Both the position numbers and the translations under genes were made by a program. This document shows, piece by piece, positions 1-9,144 of a DNA stretch of 64,000 nt. The stretch covers positions 11,730-75,729 of the forward strand of contig CAZEWH010000001.1 in NCBI GenBank assembly GCA_964515785.1, in the 5' to 3' direction. The stretch is from an uncultured Gammaproteobacteria bacterium. GTDB taxonomy: Bacteria; Patescibacteriota; Patescibacteriia; UBA1558; GWA2-36-10. The notes beneath the pieces are model-generated. The model was given only the letters and a program-made list of their open reading frames with translations. It did no database searches and was not told the DNA's origin. Every line of letters begins with the position of its first letter. Within the stretch, counting starts at the first letter, position 1.

Positions 1-14
1 TATTTTGGCAAGGG

Positions 15-1325
15 CTAAGTAAGCCACGAGCTGCGGTTTTTTATGATTTTTTCTTCAGAGATCCAATGTTTACGCAATTCGCCAGCTAGATAAAAACTAC
101 CAGCTATTAATATTAAATCTTGCTTATTTGCTTTTGATAACGCAGTCTTTAGAGCTTGATATGGATCATGAAATATTTTGATATTTATTTTTTTAATTTT
201 TTTGCTTTGATTATACAAATCTCGTAAATTTGCTGCCTTGCGCATTGGCACCAAAAATCTAGTAAGATATAGATTATCAGCCAATGGCAATATTTTTTGC
301 AAAGCCTGTTTAGTATTTTTATCTTCAGCAAATCCCAATATCAAATATAGTTTATTATAGCTTTGTTTGTAAATAAATTCTACTAGATTTTTGATTTTAT
401 CAGCATTATGGGCTCCATCTAGTATTACTAGGGGATTGTTTTGAATTATTTCTTGCCGGCAAGGCAGTTTAAAATTACTTATAATTTCTTGAGTATTATT
501 TGTTTTAATATTTAGAATATCTAAAATATTCAAAGCTAGATTTAAATTTTGTTTTTGTCGTGGTGTATCAAAATAATTATTTATTTCATAATTAGATACT
601 AGATTTTTTAGATCAATAAATTTGGCTTTTTTTGTTTTACAAATTTTTTGAAATATTTTTGTTAGTTTAGTATTTTTTTCTGTGGTCAAAAATTTACTTG
701 ATTTTTTGATAATACCAGCTTTGTCGCGAGCAATAGCTTCTTTGGTATTGCCCAAGATTTCTGTATGATCAAGACCAATATTGGTAATAGCAGATACTGC
801 TGGAGCAGGGATGACATTACTAGCATCATGAGTACCACCCAAGCCTGCTTCCAAAACTACCCAGTCACATTTTTGATCCGCAAAATATACCAGAGCCAAA
901 GCCAACCAAGTTTCAAAATAAGAAATTGGTTCAGTGGGAAATTTTATAATATATTTGTCTAGAGCTGGCTTAATAATATTATGTAAAATGTTATTCAAGT
1001 CAGTAGCTGAAATTAGTTTATTATTTATTTTAATTTTTTCAGCAGCTGTTGTAGAATATGGTGAAGTATAGCAGCCTGTTTTATGACCAGCTGAGGTCAT
1101 CAATTCTTGTAAAATACTGACTGTACTACCCTTACCACTAGTGCCAGCTATATGGACAAACTTTAGTTTGTTTTGAGGATTGCCGACCAAGCTTAAAAAC
1201 TTTTTGAGACGGATTACAAAAATCTTTCTGTCGTTTATATTTAACAAAAATTTTTTATTGGGTTGGTTTATCAGAGATTCTAGAAAATCTATATTATCTT
1301 TATAAGTTTTATATAAATTATTCAT
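15..1325 (-). CDS. folC: Mur-ligase family folylpolyglutamate synthase / dihydrofolate synthase (FolC-like)
   Basis: 436 aa ORF; P-loop HIAGTSGKGST and DHTEILG-type Mur ligase motifs; C-terminal Mur ligase domain. Confidence 0.7.
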   Translation of the reverse strand: MNNLYKTYKDNIDFLESLINQPNKKFLLNINDRKIFVIRLKKFLSLVGNPQNKLKFVHIAGTSGKGSTVSILQELMTSAGHKTGCYTSPYSTTAAEKIKINNKLISATDLNNILHNIIKPALDKYIIKFPTEPISYFETWLALALVYFADQKCDWVVLEAGLGGTHDASNVIPAPAVSAITNIGLDHTEILGNTKEAIARDKAGIIKKSSKFLTTEKNTKLTKIFQKICKTKKAKFIDLKNLVSNYEINNYFDTPRQKQNLNLALNILDILNIKTNNTQEIISNFKLPCRQEIIQNNPLVILDGAHNADKIKNLVEFIYKQSYNKLYLILGFAEDKNTKQALQKILPLADNLYLTRFLVPMRKAANLRDLYNQSKKIKKINIKIFHDPYQALKTALSKANKQDLILIAGSFYLAGELRKHWISEEKIIKNRSSWLT

Positions 1326-1326
1326 C

Positions 1327-2391
1327 TTAGATTATTTCTATTTGATTGAGTTGATTTATATTGACTAGGCCTTGTAGCTCTAGTTCTGAGATAGATATAT
1401 TTATAATATCTTGACTTAAGTTTAGTCCAAAAACTAATTTTTCGATAGTCTGGGGCTCTATTTGCAATATTTTATAAATTTTGGCTGTAGTTTTATTATT
1501 AAAATTTATATTTTTACTATTATTTATTTTACTATCAATATTATAGATTTTCAAAATATTATTAGCATCTAATAATATTTCCGCGCCATTATTTATTAAT
1601 TTGTTTGGACCTTGATTCAGGGTTTGATTGATATTACCTGGCAAAGCCAATACTTCTCGGCCTTCATCTAGAGCCACTTGAGCTGTGATCAGAGTACCAG
1701 ATTTTTTGGCACCAGAGATGACAATCACTGCTTTGGCAATACCTGCCAAGATACGATTACGTTTGGGAAAATGGTGTAAGAGAGTTTTGGTGTTACTTGG
1801 GTATTCAGAAATAAGCAAGCCATTATTATTTATAATTTGTTCGGCTAGATTTATATTACATTGTGGGTAGAGTGATGATTTGTCTAGACTAGATCCCAAG
1901 ACTGCAATAGTTGGCAAATTATTCTCAAGAGCTAGATTGTGGCCGAGCGTATCTATACCGACGGCCAAGCCGCTAGCTATGACAAGTGAACTATGTTGTA
2001 GATGGCCGATTATTTTGTTAGTAGCTTGACGATGATAACTAGTTGTTTGTCTGGAGCCGACAATAGTCAAAATATATTTACTAGTCAGTAAATTTTTATT
2101 ACCTTTATAAAATAAAAATAAAGGTGGGTCATAAATGTTTTTGAGTAGAAGAGGATAATCAGGATCTTCTATAGTAATATATTGATCTGATAGATTATCA
2201 AATTCTTGTCTGATTTTAGCCAGCCAGCTTTTGTTATTTTTATGTTTTTGAATAATCTGACCAGCTTTATTATCTAGAGTAGCTTGATAGAGATTTTGAG
2301 CACTACCAAACTTTTGGATAAGCTCATAGATTTTATTTAAACCTAGGCCTTTTAGTTTGTAAAAGAAAAATAAATAGAAATCGCTTTTCAT
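1327..2391 (-). CDS. dprA: DNA processing protein DprA (Smf)
   Basis: 354 aa; Rossmann-like DprA core (GSRQTTSYHRQATNKIIGHL..LVIASGLAVGIDTLGHNLALE..PTIAVLGSSLD); 1-nt gap to folC, same strand. Confidence 0.85.
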   Translation of the reverse strand: MKSDFYLFFFYKLKGLGLNKIYELIQKFGSAQNLYQATLDNKAGQIIQKHKNNKSWLAKIRQEFDNLSDQYITIEDPDYPLLLKNIYDPPLFLFYKGNKNLLTSKYILTIVGSRQTTSYHRQATNKIIGHLQHSSLVIASGLAVGIDTLGHNLALENNLPTIAVLGSSLDKSSLYPQCNINLAEQIINNNGLLISEYPSNTKTLLHHFPKRNRILAGIAKAVIVISGAKKSGTLITAQVALDEGREVLALPGNINQTLNQGPNKLINNGAEILLDANNILKIYNIDSKINNSKNINFNNKTTAKIYKILQIEPQTIEKLVFGLNLSQDIINISISELELQGLVNINQLNQIEII

Positions 2392-2513
2392 ATATTTATT
2401 GTTAATTATCTAAACAGTCATAATCATAATACACACCTGGGGATTTGTCGAGACTTTACTAATAAGCGGTTTTTTGTTAATATAATGATGATAAATAATT
2501 AACTTAAATCAAT

Positions 2514-3053
2514 ATGCCCCCAACAAAAAGAACAGCTGCTCGTCGTCCTGCTGCGCCAAAAGCTAGTGCACCAGAGGAATTGACAGAGTTTGAGAGTTTT
2601 GTTTCTCAACGCCCTAAAGATAATAAATCTAGTAAGGGTTGGATGATACTAACTTTACTTATCTTGATTATTATTTTGGTTGGTGCTTTGTGGTTTATCA
2701 AACAACCAGATAGTAATTTTGTTAAAGATGCAAACTTAAAAGCAATTGCTTTGGACAATGGACAAGTTTATTATGCTAAAGTAGCCAAAGAAGATGCTTT
2801 AAATATTTATCTTGATGATGTCTATTATATTCAAACTGAGCAACGAATTATTCCAGCTCAAGATGAAGAATCTGAAGATCAGGTGGTCAATGTTCCAGTT
2901 TTGGTCAAGAGAGGAGATGAGCTTCACAAGCCAACTGGTCTATTGCAGATCAATCGTGATCGAGTCGTAGGTATAGAGACTATTGGTGAAGATTCTGAGA
3001 TTTTGTTAGAAATTCAGAGATTGATAGAAGCTGGAGATACTGTTACTCAATAA
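2514..3053 (+). CDS. hypothetical membrane-anchored protein (basic Pro/Ala-rich N-terminus, single TM helix)
   Basis: 179 aa ORF; one hydrophobic helix; followed by terminator hairpin 3071-3101. Confidence 0.55.
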   Translation: MPPTKRTAARRPAAPKASAPEELTEFESFVSQRPKDNKSSKGWMILTLLILIIILVGALWFIKQPDSNFVKDANLKAIALDNGQVYYAKVAKEDALNIYLDDVYYIQTEQRIIPAQDEESEDQVVNVPVLVKRGDELHKPTGLLQINRDRVVGIETIGEDSEILLEIQRLIEAGDTVTQ

Positions 3054-3070
3054 AATAGCTTATATTTAAA

Positions 3071-3101
3071 GAAATACCCTTATTTTATAAGGGTATTTTT
3101 T
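3071..3101 (+). terminator. intrinsic terminator (ATACCCTTATTTTATAAGGGTAT + T-run)
   Basis: perfect inverted repeat followed by TTTTTT. Confidence 0.7.
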
Positions 3102-3107
3102 GTTCTA

Positions 3108-3136
3108 TTGACAAAATAGTTTATATATGCTATACT
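3108..3136 (+). promoter_or_regulatory. sigma70-type promoter TTGACA-N17-TATACT driving GC-rich two-gene cassette
   Basis: TTGACA at 3108-3113, 17-nt spacer, TATACT at 3131-3136, about 70 nt upstream of SD TAGGAGG. Confidence 0.6.
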
Positions 3137-3216
3137 TTTTCATTGTTTGAAAGTTCGTTGACTTCGAAATAAACTAAATCCACTAAATCTGTCACTCATG
3201 CTTTAGGAGGAACGTC

Positions 3217-3762
3217 GTGACCCGAAAAAAGAAATTGGGAGGGATTTTGGTTGCCATTGCTTTGGCGGCTATCTTGCTTCCCGGAGGATTTTTCCTCTGG
3301 CAAACTTGGTTTGTCTTTGATGGTGATGACATGGCTTGGGATGTTGGCCTGCTAGCTGATTCGCCTAATGACTTTGTTAGGATGGATAATCTGCTGCAGA
3401 ATTCAGTGTCTGCCATGGAAGAGCGTGATCTGACTACCGGTCCAGTCAGTCCTTACCTAGCCCATTTTGGTAGCATGGACGAATGCTATCAGACAGTGGT
3501 TGATCTGCAGGCTGAAGTCCATACTTGGGCTGAAGCTTATCCGGATTCTGCTGCAGCCAACAGCGAAGAAGTCCTGGCTCGTCAGGATGAAGTCGCAGCT
3601 CTGCGTACTCGTTTCAACAAGTTGCCTGATAGCCCGATCTACAATTACTACTTTTACAATCGCTATGCCTGGATGGGAGTGGTCATGCTAGGAGCTATGT
3701 ATTTCTTGATCCTGGGACTGATCTGGTACAACCGTCCGGAGGAGGCGAGTCATGTTTGTTAA
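3217..3762 (+). CDS. hypothetical membrane protein (N- and C-terminal TM helices), GC-rich, GTG start with strong SD
   Basis: 181 aa; SD TAGGAGG 6 nt upstream of GTG 3217; local GC about 50% vs about 34% background. Confidence 0.55.
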   Translation: MTRKKKLGGILVAIALAAILLPGGFFLWQTWFVFDGDDMAWDVGLLADSPNDFVRMDNLLQNSVSAMEERDLTTGPVSPYLAHFGSMDECYQTVVDLQAEVHTWAEAYPDSAAANSEEVLARQDEVAALRTRFNKLPDSPIYNYYFYNRYAWMGVVMLGAMYFLILGLIWYNRPEEASHVC

Positions 3763-4702
3763 GAACCCGACTGTCAAACGATCTGGCTGGCCTTATCGTT
3801 TCTGGAAGTGGACCTATCAGAATCGTTTCTGGAACAAGGACTTGCCCGAGCGTTTCTCGCTCTGTGCCTTTACCCAGCGCAGCATCTGGTTGGGATTTTT
3901 CCTACTGCCGCTGCTGTATGCCATCTACTTCTTGGTGGCTTGGTTTATTTACGACGTGCTTTATCGTCGGGTGGTCAGTCATATCACCAAGTACGCACCG
4001 CTGGCTGCTCTGCTGATTTGGCTGCCTCTGGTAGCTCTCAGTTTCTGGGGAGGTATGTCTGAAACAGCAATTGTCTTGGTCATTCTGACAGGCATTCTTT
4101 TGGGTATCCTAGTGGCGGCCGTTGTGATCATGGTGGCATGTTACTTACTGTGGGAGTTGATTAAAAAGGTCTTTACCTTCAACACTCAAGTGCATAGCTA
4201 CCACTATGTGCCTAGTAGTGAGTATCGTCGGCCGCTGGATCGCTACGACTTCAACCACGACACTGATCAAGGACTTGTCCATACCTTGTTCTGGATGCAG
4301 CCTCTCATCTGGCTCGGCATCTTTGCTCTGCTGGGAGGTTTTGGCGGAGGACACTATATCTCTAACCAGACCTTTGATCCGGTGTTGGCCAAGAAGTTCA
4401 TGCTTGGCTATGGCATTTTCTTCGTTGCTTACTACATCGGTGCCACCTTTTTCCTTTGGCGACACTGGAAGAAGGAAGTCAGGATCGAGCGGGGAGAAAT
4501 CGAGCGTCATCCGGAAAAACCGTCCAAGCCCAAGAAAGTGCGCAAGCACAAGGGCTGGTTTGGCCGCTGGTGGCTGGGTACTGTTTGGCCTGGCCGGTTT
4601 GGTAACCTCTTCCGTAACATCGGCGAGTTCCTCTGTCTGCTATGGGATGGCCTCAAGGCCCTCAAGCATCAGGTCTGCCCGATCATGGAAGTAGTGGAAT
4701 AG
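3752..4702 (+). CDS. hypothetical polytopic membrane protein with basic C-terminal tail, GC-rich, overlaps upstream gene by 11 nt, SD GAGGAGG
   Basis: 316 aa; several hydrophobic helices; RBS GAGGAGGCGAGTCATG inside the upstream ORF end. Confidence 0.55.
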   Translation: MFVKNPTVKRSGWPYRFWKWTYQNRFWNKDLPERFSLCAFTQRSIWLGFFLLPLLYAIYFLVAWFIYDVLYRRVVSHITKYAPLAALLIWLPLVALSFWGGMSETAIVLVILTGILLGILVAAVVIMVACYLLWELIKKVFTFNTQVHSYHYVPSSEYRRPLDRYDFNHDTDQGLVHTLFWMQPLIWLGIFALLGGFGGGHYISNQTFDPVLAKKFMLGYGIFFVAYYIGATFFLWRHWKKEVRIERGEIERHPEKPSKPKKVRKHKGWFGRWWLGTVWPGRFGNLFRNIGEFLCLLWDGLKALKHQVCPIMEVVE

Positions 4703-4710
4703 TATTTCAA

Positions 4711-4742
4711 CTGGCGTGTACACTATGCACGCCAGTTTTTTA
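4711..4742 (+). terminator. intrinsic terminator (CTGGCGTG..CACGCCAG + TTTTTT)
   Basis: 8-bp GC stem, 9-nt loop, T6. Confidence 0.75.
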
Positions 4743-4759
4743 TTTATCCACAGATTTGT

Positions 4760-4788
4760 TTGACAATATTTTTATTAGCTGTTAATAT
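4760..4788 (+). promoter_or_regulatory. consensus promoter TTGACA-N17-TAATAT of an orphan small transcription unit
   Basis: TTGACA 4760-4765, 17-nt spacer, TAATAT 4783-4788; no protein gene downstream before terminator. Confidence 0.5.
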
Positions 4789-4795
4789 ATACATA

Positions 4796-4936
4796 TCATC
4801 GTTCTTCAAAGATGTAAGCAATTCACCGCCAGAGACGTCTCTCTATCACCCGGATCTTGGTCTAGACAGACTCTCAATCAATGCTTACAACTTTTACCCA
4901 CAGGACTCTACTTCGGTAGAGTCCTTTCTTTTATTT
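4796..4936 (+). ncRNA. candidate ~135-nt small RNA ending in terminator hairpin GGACTCTACTTCGGTAGAGTCC + T-run
   Basis: promoter at 4760-4788; internal palindromes GAGACGTCTC and GTCTAGAC; terminator hairpin 4903-4924 is near-identical to the one ending cassette U3 at 18063-18084 (minus strand); no SD-preceded ORF. Confidence 0.35.
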
Positions 4937-5016
4937 AACCCCCTAAATCCCCCTTGTCAGGGGGACTTTTTTGTTTAAATAATTCCTCCCCTGACAAGGG
5001 GAGGTTAGGAGGGGTT
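4937..5016. repeat. 80-bp GC-rich palindromic intergenic element, copy 1 (AACCCCCTAAATCCCCCTTGTCAGGGGGAC ... TCCTCCCCTGACAAGGGGAGGTTAGGAGGGGTT)
   Basis: two internal hairpins (C5-TTGTCA-G5 and CCTCCCC-TGACAA-GGGGAGG) whose loops are reverse complements; outer arms AACCCCC/GGGGTT; second copy at 10999-11092. Confidence 0.8.
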
Positions 5017-5029
5017 AATCCTTACCATA

Positions 5030-5047
5030 AAGTAATTATAATTACTT
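5030..5047. promoter_or_regulatory. perfect 18-bp palindrome AAGTAATTATAATTACTT upstream of MerR-like gene (candidate operator)
   Basis: exact dyad 36 nt upstream of the 5083 start, overlapping the likely promoter region. Confidence 0.4.
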
Positions 5048-5082
5048 TACACTTTTTACTTTATGGTTTATAATATATATAC

Positions 5083-5322
5083 ATGCCAAAACAGGGGACA
5101 GACACAAAATTGATAAAGATTGGTCAGCTAGCCAAGCTGTTTTCTGTTTTACCTTCTACGATCAATTTTTATACTAGAGAAGGTTTACTTCCTGAAGATA
5201 ATCGCTCTCAAGGCGGTTATCGTCTTTATGATAAAAATAAAGCTATCAAAATATTAAATAAAATAAATTATTTACAAAATAAGAAAAGATTAACTATAGA
5301 AGAGATTAAAAACTTGCTATAG
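5083..5322 (+). CDS. small MerR-family HTH transcriptional regulator
   Basis: 79 aa; N-terminal MerR-type HTH (IGQLAKLFSVLPSTINFYTREGLL..GYRLYD). Confidence 0.6.
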   Translation: MPKQGTDTKLIKIGQLAKLFSVLPSTINFYTREGLLPEDNRSQGGYRLYDKNKAIKILNKINYLQNKKRLTIEEIKNLL

Positions 5323-5361
5323 CCCTTTTATTTCTTTCCATGCTTGTGGAATAAAAGGGCT
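5321..5361 (+). terminator. hairpin AGCCCTTTTA..TAAAAGGGCT after MerR-like gene
   Basis: 10-bp stem with large loop, followed by AT-rich tract. Confidence 0.5.
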
Positions 5362-5572
5362 ATAATAATTTTTTAAAGAAAAATATGCCAAGAAAAAAAT
5401 TAAACACTACACCTATCAAGTCTTCTCAACAAACTAGAGTGTATCGAGGCAGATTAAAAACCAAAAAAAAGCAGTCTTGGTGGCAATATCTCTATTCTTT
5501 GTTTTTCTAGACAAAGCCCTATTTTTGGGATAGAATAGGATTTACAAAAGCTTTATCTTTAAGTAAAGAAAA

Positions 5573-8467
5573 ATGGCCGATTTTAAGAATCAAGAAAAGG
5601 AAATATTGGATTTTTGGGACAAAAATAAGATTTTTCAGAAATCAATAGACAAGGATGCTCCACAAGGTGATTATCTGTTTTATGATGGCCCGCCTTTTGC
5701 TACTGGCAGTCCTCATTATGGACATTTGGTGGCTAGTATTATGAAAGATGTTGTACCTCGCTACTTTAGTATGCAAGGTTACAAAGTCGAGCGTCGTTGG
5801 GGTTGGGATTGTCATGGTTTACCTATTGAAAATATTGTAGAAAAAGAATTGGGTTATGAAACCAAGCAGCAAATAGACAAGTTAGGTGTTGATAAATTCA
5901 ATGACATGTGTCGCTCCAAAGTATTGGAATATTCTGATGTTTGGAAAGATATTATTCATCGTTTGGGTCGTTGGGCTGATATGGACAATCCTTACAAGAC
6001 TATGGATCCACAATACATGGAAACTATCTGGTGGGTCTTCAAAGAGATGTGGGATCGTGATTTGATTTACAAAGATTATCGCTCTATGCATATTTGTCCG
6101 CGTTGTGAGACCACTCTTTCTCAATCTGAAGTAACAGAGGGTTACAAAGATATCAAAGATTTGTCACTGACTGCCAAGTTTGAGCTAGTCGATGAAGCAA
6201 ATACTTTTGTTTTGGCTTGGACTACTACGCCTTGGACTTTGATTGGCAATGTTGCTTTGGCAATTGGCAAAAAAATTGATTATGTAAAGCTAGATGCAGG
6301 CAAAGAAAAATATATTATTGCTCGTGAATTACTTCCTCAATATGAAAAAGATTTGAGTAAATTCCCTATTATAGAAGAGCTCAAAGGCAAAGATTTACTT
6401 GCTAAAAAATACAAGCCTTTATTTGATTATTATGCTAGTGATGATAAGTTGGAAAATAAAAATAATGGCTGGCAGATATATGACGCTGATTTTGTTTCTA
6501 CTGAAGAGGGTACTGGTGTGGTACATATTGCTCCAGCTTTTGGTGAGGATGATATGGTTTTGGGTAAAGTCAAGAATCTGCCCTTTGTCCAGCACCTAGG
6601 TATGGATGGTTTTATAAAGCCAGAGGCAGGAGAATTTGCTGGACTTCATGTCAAACCAAAAGATGATGTCCAAGCAACAGACGTCAAGATTATTCAGTAT
6701 TTAGCAAAACAAAATTTACTATTATCAAAAGAACAATACGAACATAGTTATCCGCATTGTTGGCGTTGTGATACACCATTGTTGAATTATGCAACCTCTT
6801 CTTGGTTTGTAGCAGTCACAAAAATCAAAGATAAAGCTCTTCAGCATGCTAAAAAAATCAATTGGTCCCCAGGGCACATCAAAGATGGTCGTTTTGGCAA
6901 TTGGCTTGAAGGAGCTCGTGATTGGTCTATATCTCGTCAACGTTATTGGGCTTCTGTGATACCGATTTGGGAATGTGACAAGTGTGAGGATAGGCAAGTT
7001 TTTGGTTCTATTGCAGAACTTGAAAATATTTCTGGTCAGACAGTCAAAGATTTGCACAAACACGTAGTTGATAAAGTCACTTTCGCTTGCAAGTGTAGCG
7101 GTACTATGAAACGTATTCCAGATGTTTTGGACTGTTGGTTTGAATCTGGCTCTATGCCTTATGCTCAATTTCATTATCCTTTTGAACATAGATCAGAGTT
7201 TGATCAAAAGTTTCCTGCCAAATTTATTGCTGAAGGAGCTGATCAAACTCGAGCTTGGTTTTATTATTTACATGTCATATCTGCAGCTATCAAAGATAGT
7301 CCAGCTTTTGAAAATGTGATTGTCAATGGTATTGTCGTAGCTGAAGACGGTAAAAAGATGGCTAAGAAGTTACAAAATTATCCAGATCCTACTGATGTTA
7401 TGGAAAAATATGGAGCTGATGCTTTGCGAATGTATCTTTTGTCTTCACCGGTTATGTTGTCTGAAAATATGTCTTTTATTGAAAAAGATTTGCAAATAGT
7501 TTATCGTCGTTTTACTGGCTTACTGCAAAATATTTTTAATTTTTATCAGATGTTTTGTCCTAGCAAAATTGATGGAGAAGAATTACCAAAATTAAATAAC
7601 GACTTAGATAAATGGATTGTTAGTAAATATTATAGTTTATTGAAAGAAGTGACTGAGGCTATGGAAAAATATAATCTAGTAAAAGCTAGTCGTCCTATTT
7701 TTGATTTTGTAGATGCTCTATCTACTTGGTATGTACGTCGTAGTCGTGATAGATTCAAAGGTAATGACAAAACAGACAAAGAACAAGCTGTACTTACTTT
7801 AGGATTTGTACTCAAACAATTATCAAAAATTATAGCACCATTTACACCAATGACTGCTGAGATGGTTTACCAGGCTTTTGCCAATCAAGAAGAATCTGTA
7901 CATCTTGAAACCTGGCCTGAGTTTGATAAGAAAATGATAGATCAAGATGTTTTAAAACAAATGGATACTATCAAACAAATTGCCGAAAGAGTCCATGCTT
8001 TGCGTGCCAAGGCTGGCCTCAAAGTCAGACAGCCATTGGCTACTCTAGAAGTCAAGACAAAATTAGATCAAGCTTATTTAGATATTTTGCAAGATGAGCT
8101 CAATGTAGAGAAGGTCAAATCAGTTGATGAAGTGAGTGAAAAATCTGCTTGGGAAAGTGATGAAAATACTCCAGCAGTGTCTTTGGATACAAACTTGACT
8201 GATGATCTCAAAGACAAGGGAGTGGTCAGAGAAGTAATTCGTTTTATAAATAGTCTGCGCAAAGAAGCTGGCTTGCAACCTGGCGACAAAGCTACAGAAA
8301 CCTATCAAACAGATTCTGAATATTTACAAACTATCATTGAAAAATTCAAAACAGATATTATAGCTGGTACTTCAGCTGGTAGTCTAGAAGCAGTAGAGAC
8401 TAGTCCTCAAAAAAGTAAAGAAGTAGTTATTAATAAAGCTAAAATTATTTTGGGATTAAAAATTTAG
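5573..8467 (+). CDS. ileS: isoleucyl-tRNA synthetase
   Basis: 964 aa; class I HIGH motif PPFATGSPHYGHL; KMSKS-like KMAKK; CP1 editing region; zinc-knuckle cysteines. Confidence 0.95.
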   Translation: MADFKNQEKEILDFWDKNKIFQKSIDKDAPQGDYLFYDGPPFATGSPHYGHLVASIMKDVVPRYFSMQGYKVERRWGWDCHGLPIENIVEKELGYETKQQIDKLGVDKFNDMCRSKVLEYSDVWKDIIHRLGRWADMDNPYKTMDPQYMETIWWVFKEMWDRDLIYKDYRSMHICPRCETTLSQSEVTEGYKDIKDLSLTAKFELVDEANTFVLAWTTTPWTLIGNVALAIGKKIDYVKLDAGKEKYIIARELLPQYEKDLSKFPIIEELKGKDLLAKKYKPLFDYYASDDKLENKNNGWQIYDADFVSTEEGTGVVHIAPAFGEDDMVLGKVKNLPFVQHLGMDGFIKPEAGEFAGLHVKPKDDVQATDVKIIQYLAKQNLLLSKEQYEHSYPHCWRCDTPLLNYATSSWFVAVTKIKDKALQHAKKINWSPGHIKDGRFGNWLEGARDWSISRQRYWASVIPIWECDKCEDRQVFGSIAELENISGQTVKDLHKHVVDKVTFACKCSGTMKRIPDVLDCWFESGSMPYAQFHYPFEHRSEFDQKFPAKFIAEGADQTRAWFYYLHVISAAIKDSPAFENVIVNGIVVAEDGKKMAKKLQNYPDPTDVMEKYGADALRMYLLSSPVMLSENMSFIEKDLQIVYRRFTGLLQNIFNFYQMFCPSKIDGEELPKLNNDLDKWIVSKYYSLLKEVTEAMEKYNLVKASRPIFDFVDALSTWYVRRSRDRFKGNDKTDKEQAVLTLGFVLKQLSKIIAPFTPMTAEMVYQAFANQEESVHLETWPEFDKKMIDQDVLKQMDTIKQIAERVHALRAKAGLKVRQPLATLEVKTKLDQAYLDILQDELNVEKVKSVDEVSEKSAWESDENTPAVSLDTNLTDDLKDKGVVREVIRFINSLRKEAGLQPGDKATETYQTDSEYLQTIIEKFKTDIIAGTSAGSLEAVETSPQKSKEVVINKAKIILGLKI

Positions 8468-8469
8468 TC

Positions 8470-9144
8470 ATGGCTTTTAAGACAGATGCATTTGTGTTGA
8501 GATCTCGTCCTTGGCACGGCGCTGATCGAATATATGATCTATTTACTCCTCACGAAGGAGTGATCAACGCTGTCTTAAAGTCAGCCGCTAAATCAAAGAG
8601 TAAATTGGCTGGACACCTTTTGCCATTTGCAAAAGTACGGGTAATGATTGGTCGTGGCCGCATGGATCATCTAGCAGGAGTGAGTGTGATCAAAGATTTT
8701 GCCCAGATACGAAATAATTTACGAAATTTATCTCTGGCTTCGTCATTGGCTGAGTTATTTCTAAACGAAGGTATCCAGAGTAATAAACAAGAAGAATTTA
8801 CCTTATTTGAAAATATTTTATCTTATCTTGACGATGCTCAAGTTTCGGATGAACAAAAATTATTGTTGGTAAGGATATTTTTGTGGAAATATCTTAGTTT
8901 GTCTGGCTGGCATCCAAAGTTTGATCAGGGTATAATGTATATATCGCCTGGCAATCGTGGACAAAATGTCAGTTCAGAACTATATGATTTTTTACAATTT
9001 ATAATCAAAGCTGATTGGACTGATTTTGTTGATTTGTCTATCAATCAGCGTTTAAATAAAGAATGGCTGAAAATTTCTCAAATTTATTATCAGGCAATTT
9101 ATGATCGGCCTTCACAAGCATTAAAATTATTGGCATATGGCTAA
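8470..9144 (+). CDS. recO: DNA repair protein RecO
   Basis: 224 aa; N-terminal OB-fold RecO signature (FVLRSRPWHGADRIYDLFT). Confidence 0.8.
   Translation: MAFKTDAFVLRSRPWHGADRIYDLFTPHEGVINAVLKSAAKSKSKLAGHLLPFAKVRVMIGRGRMDHLAGVSVIKDFAQIRNNLRNLSLASSLAELFLNEGIQSNKQEEFTLFENILSYLDDAQVSDEQKLLLVRIFLWKYLSLSGWHPKFDQGIMYISPGNRGQNVSSELYDFLQFIIKADWTDFVDLSINQRLNKEWLKISQIYYQAIYDRPSQALKLLAYG

Noticed and set aside
3467-4694. Multiple overlapping ORFs (3467-3691, 3756-4016, 3808-4062, 4145-4549 minus, 4206-4694) in the GC-rich island.
   Set aside because: These are artefacts of elevated GC, which leaves few stop codons. They sit out of frame inside the two SD-initiated membrane-protein genes, which have far better start context.
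4760-4978. ORF-track CDS of 72 aa.
   Set aside because: It starts with TTG, which is the -35 TTGACA of a consensus promoter. It runs through a terminator hairpin and the palindromic repeat, has no RBS, and its composition follows the repeats.
5362-5572. Possible T-box leader or small basic ORF (MPRKKLNTTPIKSSQQTRVYRGRLKTKKKQ..., about 41 codons) upstream of ileS.
   Set aside because: No convincing T-box sequence (AATTAGGGTGGTACCGCG). Only a partial TGGTGGCAAT. The ORF has no RBS and no recognisable family, and is below the size where composition alone supports coding.
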